Below, in pieces: positions 49,659-58,975 of a stretch of 64,000 nt of DNA. The position numbers and the translations under genes are program-made. The notes beneath the pieces are model-generated. The model saw only the letters and a list, made by a program, of their open reading frames with translations, made no database searches and was not told the DNA's origin. How positions within the stretch are numbered: the first letter of the stretch is position 1; each line of letters opens with the position of its first letter. The DNA is from Candidatus Kapaibacterium sp. (lineage in GTDB: Bacteria; Bacteroidota; Ignavibacteria; Palsa-1295): the NCBI GenBank assembly GCA_046590205.1, contig JBKJTT010000037.1, positions 5,888 through 69,887 of the forward strand, given 5' to 3'.

Positions 49659-50408
49659 TTACCGAATGATATTGAACTGCTTCGAGAGCGTTGTGCCATC
49701 AGCAAGCATAAGCACGAGGGAATACGCTCCGTTTGCAAGCGAAGAGGTATTGATCTCATTACCGGTAATAGTACCCGAAAGCATAACTTTACCAACTGCA
49801 TCAATTATCTCAAATGAACGAGGCATATCGCTTGTCGTCTCGATGCGAAGCAAGTTCGTTGCAGGGTTCGGGTAAAGTGTATAGAATGCACTCTTTGCTG
49901 CGTCCATCTTGACGCTTGACTGTGCCAATCCGTTCGAGATTGCTGTCTTCATGGCATCAACCTTCGCACTTGAGAAACCTATGCTTGTATAAAGCACTTG
50001 TTTATCTTGTCCGACAACTGCAATAGTTGGCATTCCCATCTCTCCATAGGGTGCAAGCATCTCTTTGCCGTTAGCAATAACAGGCCACTCACATCCGGCA
50101 TTCGTCTTCCACGTCCTGAGTGCTGCGCATGTCGTCGTATTATTAAAGCTTATCGAAAATATCTTCACTCTGCCAGGGTGTGATTGCTCGAACTCCGCGA
50201 CAACCTGCTTCAACTGACCTGCAGCCGTTACGCAAGGCGAACAGTTCATCATTACAAATTCCATGATAACTATATTGCCGGAGTCACACATATCATAGAG
50301 ACCATAGGTGTTGCCGTCGCAGTCGGCTTTCTGCCAATCCTCGGCTATTGTTTGGGCATTCGCAGATACTGAACATACCAAAAAGAGAACTATAAGTAGC
50401 TGTTTCAT
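49659..50408 (-). CDS. TlpA/redoxin-like thioredoxin-fold protein with T9SS sorting domain
   Basis: Signal peptide, CSPC, GMPT, C-terminal YPNPAT...NGAYSL...KQFNI. Confidence 0.85.
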   Translation of the reverse strand: MKQLLIVLFLVCSVSANAQTIAEDWQKADCDGNTYGLYDMCDSGNIVIMEFVMMNCSPCVTAAGQLKQVVAEFEQSHPGRVKIFSISFNNTTTCAALRTWKTNAGCEWPVIANGKEMLAPYGEMGMPTIAVVGQDKQVLYTSIGFSSAKVDAMKTAISNGLAQSSVKMDAAKSAFYTLYPNPATNLLRIETTSDMPRSFEIIDAVGKVMLSGTITGNEINTSSLANGAYSLVLMLADGTTLSKQFNIIR

Positions 50409-50434
50409 AAGCGTTATTGTTTTAATAAAAAAAA

Positions 50435-51658
50435 TTACTGTACCTTTACAAATCCTTTAGAAATCACGGTCCCATCCTCGAACGTAATATATGCATTGTA
50501 CCTTCCAGATGTTAGCGAACCAATCGGGATAATGAAATGATCCGATTGATCTATAAACTTGGTGTTTAGTATAGATCCCTTCGAGTCTATTATTTCAGAC
50601 TTCTTTATCCTTTTGTCGTTATGTAACAAAACTAATAGATGATCAGATGCAGGGTTCGGGCTAATAGTAATAGACTCATTCTCAGCATGTTTTCGGATAT
50701 GCTTTGATCCTAAAATTGTCACTGGTATAAACTCTTCACCACCTATTGTGTGTGTGTTCATATTAACATACTTGATACACACTGAGTCTTTTAGAGTAAC
50801 TTTGGGTTCAAGCAATACATCGTAGCGTTCGCCAGGGGAAATAAACACAGAATCGGTTCGAAGTTGATTCGGCAGTGGTCTTCCATCGGAAGCAATAACA
50901 GTCGCACCAAGTGCCGCAGGAAAAATAATCACATTATCATAAAAACCGATATTGCCTATGCGAATAAGAATTTTTTCTGAAGCAGTAGCATGTATTGATT
51001 GCATACTGTCTTCAGAAATTTGTTGGCGAGAGCGTCCATTCAAAAGAAAATATTCAGGACGATACAAGGGCAGATGCACTGTATCAACATTCGGGTCATG
51101 CTTAGGAACAGTGTCATGCCATGACTTATCTAACTCCGATGTAAGCCATTCGTATTCTTTGTCAAAAGCGGGACCATCAGTCCAAGCAGTGTTTCGTCCG
51201 TCTTTTGCGCGAACAACAACAAGCCCGTACATCCCCATTTGAACATGAACAACATCTGCCGCATGACAATGATAGAGGAATGTACCCGCATGGTCAGCAA
51301 TAAATGTATATATCGTATCTTGTGCATGCTCGAGCCAAAACGAAGTTGCAGGATCACCGTCATTACGGGTATCTACGTCAAGTCCGTGTAAATGAATAGT
51401 ATGATGATCGCCTTGAGATATACTTTTCGCATTAATAATTACGGTATCTCCTTCATTAGCATAGATTGTTTCTGCCGGAAGAGTAGGTTCAGCAGAGAGT
51501 GTTCTCGCAAATCCGAATATCTTTGTCACTTTTCCATCCCAAAGCGTAATGGTGCCAGTGTTGCTTCGTAAAATAATGGTATAGCGTCGTGTGACTCCTG
51601 CGCAGATAGATACGGTGCAAAGGACAATGAGAAGCAATGTTGCTAACCGAATTCTCAT
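50435..51658 (-). CDS. Two-domain multicopper-oxidase subunit (Cu ligands in domain 1 only) with T9SS sorting domain
   Basis: HHTIHLHG and YHCHAADVVHVQMGM in domain 1; domain 2 has no His motifs; SPNPAS...SGRY...KGFVK CTD. Confidence 0.85.
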   Translation of the reverse strand: MRIRLATLLLIVLCTVSICAGVTRRYTIILRSNTGTITLWDGKVTKIFGFARTLSAEPTLPAETIYANEGDTVIINAKSISQGDHHTIHLHGLDVDTRNDGDPATSFWLEHAQDTIYTFIADHAGTFLYHCHAADVVHVQMGMYGLVVVRAKDGRNTAWTDGPAFDKEYEWLTSELDKSWHDTVPKHDPNVDTVHLPLYRPEYFLLNGRSRQQISEDSMQSIHATASEKILIRIGNIGFYDNVIIFPAALGATVIASDGRPLPNQLRTDSVFISPGERYDVLLEPKVTLKDSVCIKYVNMNTHTIGGEEFIPVTILGSKHIRKHAENESITISPNPASDHLLVLLHNDKRIKKSEIIDSKGSILNTKFIDQSDHFIIPIGSLTSGRYNAYITFEDGTVISKGFVKVQ

Positions 51659-52533
51659 TGTATCGTCATAATAGTAAACATTCCGTTCGGGTGAGTACCT
51701 CCACCTGAAACTGCGACAAGGTTATGGTCATGGACGCTGTATCTTCCTACTTTATCCGGTATGAGCACCAAAAGTAGCGCATCCATCGGCGACATTGGGA
51801 ATGTATCTTTTGATGTACCTACTTGAATCCGAGTTGTTGAACTTTGTATGGCAGTACAATGAAACCCATGAAAATGAATAGAGTGGCTCGATTGCCCTGT
51901 ATTAGCTAAGTATATATATATTGTATCGGAGACTTGTCCGACTATCGTAGCCGAAGAGTCACTTTGAAGATCTGGGAAGCTCTTACCATTGATGGTAAAG
52001 TAATCAGGTTCATAAAATCGCCAATCAACCTCATTCCCACTTGAAAGTATAGTAGAAAATGTTGTACTATGCTCCTTAATGTTCCAATAATACTTTTTCA
52101 CCGGCTGTTTACTCTCGACACATATCATTCCCCCCAAACCGAGATACCGATTCGAAGGATAGTCCGTACTATCATAATAAATGTAGGTACCTCTCTTCTC
52201 GAAATAATATATTCGCGTAAGAGAATCTCCGGCTAGTATTGAAAATCCGCCTCGCCCTTTTACATAAAATCCATGAGCCGTCGTATCTCGATTAACAACT
52301 GTTATCTCAAGAGAATCGCCATCCGCAATAGATACGACAGTATTCGTTGAATTAAATACGGGAGTAGTATTATATGCTAGCGAAGGGAATGTGGTTTTTT
52401 TGACCGTCGTAAACTCACCCCTGTTAATATAGAGAGTCTTCTGTTTCACAACGGCGTATGACACCCTAAATGAACAGAGTAATACTGCCATAACGAGGAT
52501 ACACCTATATAATAACAATATCTTGCCTGACAT
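51655..52533 (-). CDS. Two-domain multicopper-oxidase subunit (Cu ligands in domain 2 only)
   Basis: HSIHFHG and VHDHNL...GTHPNGM in domain 2; domain 1 has AHGFYVKG and YIYYD instead of ligand motifs. Confidence 0.85.
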   Translation of the reverse strand: MSGKILLLYRCILVMAVLLCSFRVSYAVVKQKTLYINRGEFTTVKKTTFPSLAYNTTPVFNSTNTVVSIADGDSLEITVVNRDTTAHGFYVKGRGGFSILAGDSLTRIYYFEKRGTYIYYDSTDYPSNRYLGLGGMICVESKQPVKKYYWNIKEHSTTFSTILSSGNEVDWRFYEPDYFTINGKSFPDLQSDSSATIVGQVSDTIYIYLANTGQSSHSIHFHGFHCTAIQSSTTRIQVGTSKDTFPMSPMDALLLVLIPDKVGRYSVHDHNLVAVSGGGTHPNGMFTIMTIQ

Positions 52534-53244
52534 TTATCTGGATACTTCGACTTTTCTCATTGCATGGCGACCGTTACCAGTAACAATACTCACAAAATAC
52601 ATACCATCACTTAGTCCAGCAATGTCAATTTGTTGTGAAGTAGTACGATTTCCGGACTGCCTCAAGACTAAGGAACCCGAAACTGCAAAGATCTCAATAG
52701 ACTCAATAGGGGAACTCTCCGATTTGCAGGTGAGTACAGTAGAAACGACAGACGGATATACTTGGACAAGTAATGTAGGTTTGAGGTCATCACTGACGTT
52801 GCTTGTTGCAGGGTTAATAAACCATGTTAACGTATCACCTGTATTAGGTGAATCCGTTCGATACATATATATCTTCACTGTCGAAGGTTTTGCAGAAGCG
52901 TACGGTGTTATATTCATCGCCATGAATCCTTGCTTACCCGGCATTAGAGAATCCATCATGCCTCCTTCAGAAGGAAGTCCGGCATAACAATGTCCGTAAT
53001 CACAAACAGAATAGTCCCATTCACCGCTAAAGCCATTGTGAACAGGTTTCCATGCCAAGCTCAATGGCTTATCTGTTATATTTACAAAATAAAAATCAAA
53101 TGCTGACAACTCATCTGGTGGCGCAGTACCAACCAGCACTTTCGATTCGGGTTCGAGAGTATATCCCTGTGCATTTGTCATCTGCGGACCGACAAGCAGT
53201 ATAAACAGTCCGATTGCTATTCCAAGAGTGTGTGATTGTTTCAT
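52534..53244 (-). CDS. Secreted Ig-like protein with T9SS sorting domain
   Basis: Signal peptide, WDYSVCDYGHCY Cys pair, VYPS...GMYFV...KVEV CTD. Confidence 0.8.
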   Translation of the reverse strand: MKQSHTLGIAIGLFILLVGPQMTNAQGYTLEPESKVLVGTAPPDELSAFDFYFVNITDKPLSLAWKPVHNGFSGEWDYSVCDYGHCYAGLPSEGGMMDSLMPGKQGFMAMNITPYASAKPSTVKIYMYRTDSPNTGDTLTWFINPATSNVSDDLKPTLLVQVYPSVVSTVLTCKSESSPIESIEIFAVSGSLVLRQSGNRTTSQQIDIAGLSDGMYFVSIVTGNGRHAMRKVEVSR

Positions 53245-53289
53245 GATTGTAATACAAGAAATAGTAAATGTAAAAAACTTAAGCGGCTA

Positions 53290-54111
53290 TCAGTAGAATA
53301 CCCGTTCAAACTTAATATAAACCGCATTTGCCGAGCGGTGCGGAGCATTCGAGTACAATGTTGTCTTGAAAGCAAGATCAATACGTGCTATCGAGTTGAG
53401 TATTACTTGAGGACCAACCGAGAGGACAACTTCATTTGCAGTCCCCGGTGTCGCCATATCATGCTCAACAACATTATAACTCCCGTATTTTCCCAATAAT
53501 TCAGCATATATGTTGAAGTTTGGGTCTGAATAACTTACATATTCAGTAGGGTAAACGAGATACCCCGCTGATAATGAATAGTTGTAGTTCGTTATGTTAC
53601 GATATGCAACATGTTCCTCATTTGAGATGTCGGGTATCCCTGCCACTGCGCCGAGAGTTACAGATACCGCAAGATGATCTATCAGAAGCGTTGATATTAT
53701 CCCTCCGCCATACCCCGGCGATGCCCCGTCAAGTCCGACAAGAGGCGATACCCCTTTTTGCGAACCGAAGAGTGCCTTCGCATAGAGTGCCGAGCGGAAA
53801 TGATACTTGAAATCATCATCCGTAAAGAATCGGTACTTTGCATACATACCTGCATTCTCAAATGCGTACGTTCCCAAATGATCAGACGCATATAGCTCGC
53901 CATGAAGCATGATCTCTTTTGATAGACCATACATCACTTCAAACTGCAACCGCGTTCTTACAACATCATCCATAAATGAACCCTCAACAGCTGCTCGCAC
54001 ACCAACCGAACCTTTAGGCATATTGCTTGCTGGTTCAGTGGCAATAAAGAGCTCCTGCGAATATGTATGACTACTAATCACAAGAAATAGTACGATAAGT
54101 ACATACCTCAT
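53290..54111 (-). CDS. Putative outer-membrane beta-barrel protein
   Basis: Signal peptide, TEPASNMPKG, alternating beta-strands, aromatic C-terminus KFERVFY. Confidence 0.65.
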   Translation of the reverse strand: MRYVLIVLFLVISSHTYSQELFIATEPASNMPKGSVGVRAAVEGSFMDDVVRTRLQFEVMYGLSKEIMLHGELYASDHLGTYAFENAGMYAKYRFFTDDDFKYHFRSALYAKALFGSQKGVSPLVGLDGASPGYGGGIISTLLIDHLAVSVTLGAVAGIPDISNEEHVAYRNITNYNYSLSAGYLVYPTEYVSYSDPNFNIYAELLGKYGSYNVVEHDMATPGTANEVVLSVGPQVILNSIARIDLAFKTTLYSNAPHRSANAVYIKFERVFY

Positions 54112-54647
54112 GTACGTATTGTTACGTGATAAAGATGTCCTTCGGTTTTACAGCAGCTCGACGCTATTCCTTTTGTATAGCACTCGAACTTCGTCTTTTT
54201 AGCAAGTTCGCCAAACTCACGTTTATTGACAAATTGTTTGTCAACAAAACGGAGATTGACGGGACCAGAAAGGATTTGTTCTTTCGTGCCGATAAAGTGA
54301 TAGGTATTCCCTGCATATACAAAATGAAAATCTTTCCCAACAGAAGTATTCTCAAAATTGAAAGTAGTCTCTAATGAGCGGACAGAAAAACCTGCGTCTT
54401 CTATCATTTCACGAAGCTCATCTATTTGTACAGTCGAGTTCTTTTTGAAGTTGATCGTTGCTATGAGCTTATTAAGATCGATTGTAACGTTCTCAATAAA
54501 ATCAAGCTGCTTAAGAGATTCTTCAACCCCTTTCGCACACATCGAGCATGTCAAGCCATCAACCCCAACGGTTGCAGAGACGAACTCTGCACGAGCAGTC
54601 AGTGATGCAAATACAAGCATCACTACGGTAATAATCTTTTTTGTCAT
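54108..54647 (-). CDS. Secreted heavy-metal-associated (HMA) domain protein
   Basis: Signal peptide MTKKIITVVMLVFASLTARA, GLTCSMC, C-terminal C-x7-CC. Confidence 0.88.
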   Translation of the reverse strand: MTKKIITVVMLVFASLTARAEFVSATVGVDGLTCSMCAKGVEESLKQLDFIENVTIDLNKLIATINFKKNSTVQIDELREMIEDAGFSVRSLETTFNFENTSVGKDFHFVYAGNTYHFIGTKEQILSGPVNLRFVDKQFVNKREFGELAKKTKFECYTKGIASSCCKTEGHLYHVTIRT

Positions 54648-54709
54648 TGTTATTTCCTTTCTTACAACCCCCTCCACCAAAGCGGAGGGGGTGGAATTAT
54701 GTTATCTAT

Positions 54710-54901
54710 TTACTTCGAGCAAGTACTACCTTCGCTACAGCATGCGCCGTTCGGGCAGTTGCAGTTATCACCGCAGCATGATGCGCAGTCCTTGCAGCAA
54801 CATGCATCTGTTTTTGTGGTAGCGGTTGTGTTCGATGCGAAGAATAAGCCGGCTGCGCCAAGCATAAGTGCTGCTGCAGCGATCATAAGATTCTTTTTCA
54901 T
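54710..54901 (-). CDS. Secreted or membrane-anchored metallothionein-like Cys-rich peptide (63 aa)
   Basis: Hydrophobic leader followed by ACCCKDCASCCGDNCNCPNGACCSEGSTCSK (11 Cys). Confidence 0.75.
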   Translation of the reverse strand: MKKNLMIAAAALMLGAAGLFFASNTTATTKTDACCCKDCASCCGDNCNCPNGACCSEGSTCSK

Positions 54902-54902
54902 T

Positions 54903-55041
54903 GTCGTATTTCTAAAAGTTCTAAAAAATGGTTTTGTTTTGTACGGCTTCGTATATCATATCTCTCCACTCATCCCGAGCAAAGACATACGCCATTACCA
55001 AGTGCCGTACGCACTCATCATGTAGGTTTAGGAAATACGAC
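54903..55041 (-). promoter_or_regulatory. Intergenic RNA stem linking the upstream stop codon to the downstream start codon
   Basis: 10-bp perfect inverted repeat GTCGTATTTC (54903-54912 and 55032-55041) plus inner gtacggc/gccgtac. Confidence 0.65.
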
Positions 55042-55434
55042 TTACAACCGGAAAACTTGGTTGCTTAGGTAGATCGGGGGTCCCGAATCAGTGAGGATAG
55101 TTGTCGCTGCTTGATGTGCTATACTTCTATATATAGTAGTTGGCACATCTATAGGGAGAATAACAGCAAGTAAGACGACCGAAGCAGTGTTCGGCTCGAC
55201 TAACAATTTTATTTGGGGTGACGCATTGGAGTTACAGATGTTCTGCGTACAGATGGGGCAGGTGGTTTCCGTATCGGCGCTGCAATGAGATGTCTTCGTT
55301 TCCGGCTTTTCGCAGCAATCAGGGACATTCTGTTTTGCTTCTGTCATTTGGCAGAAAGCCATCGGCGCAGCCGACACCACTCCTGTAAAGAGAAGCGTAA
55401 AAACAAGCAGAATATGTGTGACTTTGCGTACCAC
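55042..55434 (-). CDS. Cys-rich leader protein with C-terminal GPP motif (HYC_CC_PP/DUF2946-like)
   Basis: Signal-like N-terminus, FC..DCC..HC..CPIC..C, C-terminal DSGPPIYLSNQVFRL; first gene of the copper operon. Confidence 0.7.
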   Translation of the reverse strand: MVRKVTHILLVFTLLFTGVVSAAPMAFCQMTEAKQNVPDCCEKPETKTSHCSADTETTCPICTQNICNSNASPQIKLLVEPNTASVVLLAVILPIDVPTTIYRSIAHQAATTILTDSGPPIYLSNQVFRL

Positions 55435-55690
55435 TACAAAGTACTACGGTTTATTACGAGGAATTGTTCCGGGATTACCTGATAGTCTCCATTTATAACG
55501 CTGCTTATTCATCATGCCATTAGCATTTATGTGTAGTTAAAGAGTACTACTTTGTGTGAATTATGCAACAAACTCGTAAGGTTATATAACAGTTTTAGCA
55601 ATACATATCCGTACATTTGTACCGTAATAACTCTGTTATTCTCCTTTTGGGACTTTTATTAGGTGTACCATGTAAGGTGGTCAAAAAAAA

Positions 55691-56371
55691 ATGAAAAACA
55701 AAATCATAATCATATCGATGCTATTTCTCGGAGCATACTCCCTACTCTCATGTAGCAAGTCAAATAACGACACCGCTAGACTTGAAACGGACTCCTCCAC
55801 CTCACACATGGCACATACAGATCCATTGCATTCGGGATCAAAGCAGATGGATCATCCGAGTATGCACTCAATGGCTGGTACGATGGCAAAAATGGACAAT
55901 CTAAAAATGACAGGTGACTATGATCTTGACTTCGTCAACATGATGATACTTCACCATCAGGCAGCGATCGACATGAGTGAAGTAGAGGTTGTCAATGGAA
56001 CAGATGCAAAGGTAAAGACTATGGCGCAGAATATCATCTCTGCACAAAAAGCCGAAATAAGTCAGATGCAACAGTTTGCAAAAAGCTACAAGATGCCAAA
56101 AACAAAATCCAGTATGTCTGAAATGCACAATGAGTTTAGTGAGATGATGCGAGAAATGAGGGACTCAATGAAAAACATGCACATGAGCGGCAATGTAGAT
56201 AAGGATTTTGTAATGATGATGATCCCTCACCATGAAACAGCACTTACCATGGCTGAGGCGGAGTTAAAGCATGGTAATCAATCACAAGTCAAAAAGATGG
56301 CAAAAAAGATGATCGTCGATCAAACAAAGGAGATTGCTGAATTCAAGGTATGGCTCTCCACCTTAAAGTAG
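55691..56371 (+). CDS. DUF305 (CopM-like) Met/His-rich lipoprotein
   Basis: Lipobox LLSC; DLDFVNMMILHHQAAIDM and DKDFVMMMIPHHETALTM repeats. Confidence 0.9.
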   Translation: MKNKIIIISMLFLGAYSLLSCSKSNNDTARLETDSSTSHMAHTDPLHSGSKQMDHPSMHSMAGTMAKMDNLKMTGDYDLDFVNMMILHHQAAIDMSEVEVVNGTDAKVKTMAQNIISAQKAEISQMQQFAKSYKMPKTKSSMSEMHNEFSEMMREMRDSMKNMHMSGNVDKDFVMMMIPHHETALTMAEAELKHGNQSQVKKMAKKMIVDQTKEIAEFKVWLSTLK

Positions 56372-56455
56372 CAATCGATTACAAAAGACGTAATATTAGG
56401 TAAAGTTTATATGAGATAGATGACACGGAAGTGCTCTTTAGTGTCAAATGTAAAC

Positions 56456-57460
56456 CTACATCTTGATAAACCGACCAGTTGAGACATTGCCATTTCTATC
56501 ACGGATAGTAACAAAGTACATCCCACTCGGCAATTCACTTACTACAATCTCATTTTTCCCTTCTGAAATAGCCAAAGTCCTCAATTCTATGCCATTAACA
56601 TTGCTAATGACAACTATCCCCCGCTCTTCTGCTTCGATGATGAGTTTGTCTGTGACGGGGTTGGGGTAGAGGGAATGTAAGGACAAGTTATCATTCCTGA
56701 CAAATAGTGGAGGTAATTGATTGCCAAAGGAAGTTTTGAGCGTAACCATGCAATCTTCTGTAACTATAAACATCCAATAATGTCTGTAATCACAACTAGT
56801 GCTGTTACATCTCCAAGCATAAGAAAAAGTAACTATAAAGCCCGTATCTGACTTCTCCGCATGTAACCAATGTTTTTCAGTATAAAATGGTAAAGCCCAA
56901 CTACAAAATTCAACTCCTTCTAAACTGCTGATTTTATTTGCCAACGCTATCGCATTGCAATCATCTTTCGTCTTAAAAAATATAACTGCAATGGAATCTT
57001 GACCCGGATACTGAACTAAATCGTAGAGACTAATACTATATTGCTTGTATAAACTATCGAACACGACATTGCCGGTAGGAAATTGTTTTTGGGCTAAACG
57101 TTTACACCAATTATATGTGGTATCTACATTCATGTAAAATTCGTGTAGAGCTACTGATTGAGACTGATGAACTGAATCAGTATAATGAGCGACCTCTGCT
57201 CCAAAAAAAGGAAGGGCATTCTTAACTGCCAAGATTGCACCCAACATTAAGTCAGCTCTTTGCATCGGTATATCCAGACTGTCTTTATAAAAAGGATTAA
57301 TGCGATAGAATGGATCGAAAATAGCTGACCAAGCCGCATCCGCCCGATACAACTCCTTCACCGAATCAGGAGCATCACATGAGGATGGGACGGTATGGGC
57401 TGATGCGAGTGATGCGAGTGATGCGCATACGCAGAGGAAAAACACACATACTACTTTCAT
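56456..57460 (-). CDS. Hypothetical secreted protein with T9SS sorting domain
   Basis: Signal peptide; LYPNPV...LPSGMYFV...RFIK. Confidence 0.8.
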   Translation of the reverse strand: MKVVCVFFLCVCASLASLASAHTVPSSCDAPDSVKELYRADAAWSAIFDPFYRINPFYKDSLDIPMQRADLMLGAILAVKNALPFFGAEVAHYTDSVHQSQSVALHEFYMNVDTTYNWCKRLAQKQFPTGNVVFDSLYKQYSISLYDLVQYPGQDSIAVIFFKTKDDCNAIALANKISSLEGVEFCSWALPFYTEKHWLHAEKSDTGFIVTFSYAWRCNSTSCDYRHYWMFIVTEDCMVTLKTSFGNQLPPLFVRNDNLSLHSLYPNPVTDKLIIEAEERGIVVISNVNGIELRTLAISEGKNEIVVSELPSGMYFVTIRDRNGNVSTGRFIKM

Positions 57461-57773
57461 ACTATTCCCTTTCTACTCTATCACGTTATAGGTAACGAGT
57501 ATCGTCCCGACAAGATTCGTCGATGCGCCCAGAATATATCCCGAATTTGATTGCTTGTTTTCATGGCTACACTAACACAAGATTGATAATAATTGTCGTT
57601 TCCATGCGTAAATTCGGCACCTTGAAAAAAAACTGAAAAATATTTTAAAAATGTTTGGAAACCGAAAAATGTTTGCTTATATTGGTACATGCTTTCATAG
57701 GCACCTGTTTCAAGCTGAAAGCTCAAACATAGAAGCATAAAGAATACGACATAAGTTATTGAAAGGCAACAAC

Positions 57774-58463
57774 ATGCAGTTAAAGAGCAACATATTACAG
57801 CGCACTGACCTCCCTGACCGGCAGGCGCAAGTGCTTGATTTCCTTGAGGAATACATCGATGTGGCGGGATATCCGCCTTCGATCCTCGAAATAGCCGATT
57901 CGCTCGGGGTCGCCTCGACGTTCGGCATCCGTAAACATCTCGAAGCCCTTGAAAAGAAAGGGTTTATCCGCCGAGCCGAGGCAGGCAGCGCGAGGTCGCT
58001 CTTGGTGCTTCGCCCTTCGCAGGAGCGCCGCGGCGTCCGCCGCGCGTCCTCGATCCCCGTCCTTGGTCGGGTAACTGCCGGCGAACCCATCCTTGCCGTC
58101 GAGAATATCGAGGGCTGGCTTGCATTCAAGCCAAATAAGAGCGCCGAAAGCATGTTCGCCCTCCGCGTCGAGGGGCATAGCATGAAAGATAAAGGCATCA
58201 TGAGCGGAGACTATGTCATTTGCCGTCAGCAGAACACAGCAGAGAATGGCGAGATAGTCGTTGCGCTCTTGGATGATTCGGCAACGGTCAAGACATTCCG
58301 TCGTATGCGCGGCGGGGCGATACAGCTTGAACCGGCGAACGACAGATTCCGCCCCATCCCAATCGATGAGGACTCGAACTTCCTGATTCTCGGCAAGGTA
58401 GCAAGCGTCTTCCGCGCCATTGATGACAGAAGACCGGGTCTTATCCAGATGAACTACTCGTAA
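57774..58463 (+). CDS. lexA: LexA SOS repressor
   Basis: RQAQVLDF, GYPPSILEI, LEKKGFI, VTAGEP cleavage site, GHSM Ser and ATVK Lys dyad. Confidence 0.93.
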   Translation: MQLKSNILQRTDLPDRQAQVLDFLEEYIDVAGYPPSILEIADSLGVASTFGIRKHLEALEKKGFIRRAEAGSARSLLVLRPSQERRGVRRASSIPVLGRVTAGEPILAVENIEGWLAFKPNKSAESMFALRVEGHSMKDKGIMSGDYVICRQQNTAENGEIVVALLDDSATVKTFRRMRGGAIQLEPANDRFRPIPIDEDSNFLILGKVASVFRAIDDRRPGLIQMNYS

Positions 58464-58624
58464 GAGTTTTCACCGGTTTGTGAGTTTTTTGAGTTTGGTG
58501 AGTTCGTAAGAATTACACCAACGGGAGAGATTTGTCCGATAGAGGATGAATAACTATTCATGGTTTTTGACATTAAACGAATTGTAACAGTCAGACATCA
58601 TATACGTAAAGAAAGGTAATAAAA

Positions 58625-58945
58625 ATGGAAGTTATGAGAGTTATTTCAACAATAGAGTCCCCCCCACCCGAAGCGCCCCTACGTAAACGCGGTTATGAGA
58701 GTATGCAGATCGATAGCGAAATTGCTGCAGCCCGTGCCCGCAACTCATGGGGACATCAGGAACAGGTCCGTATTGAAGCACTCCGCAGAGAGCTTACGAA
58801 CTCCTACGACATGAATGCATCAACGTATGCAGGTATCGGCTTTCGCCGCGTCCTGCCTGAAGATGTAAGCACAGCCGTCACAACAAACGCCGCGCTCCAA
58901 AAACGTTTGGACGGACTTTGCGAACGCCTACGAGCGAGATACTAA
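58625..58945 (+). CDS. Hypothetical protein
   Basis: 106-aa ORF with AAGG upstream and a terminator downstream. Confidence 0.55.
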   Translation: MEVMRVISTIESPPPEAPLRKRGYESMQIDSEIAAARARNSWGHQEQVRIEALRRELTNSYDMNASTYAGIGFRRVLPEDVSTAVTTNAALQKRLDGLCERLRARY

Positions 58946-58975
58946 CTCGGTAGTTTTTAGTCGTTAGACTTTATA

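Noticed and set aside
57400-57426. 9-bp tandem repeat tgatgcgag
   Set aside because: In-frame slippage in a signal peptide (ASLASLAS); cannot cause a frameshift.
57600-57773. SOS box upstream of lexA
   Set aside because: No clear dyad matching a LexA box I could support.
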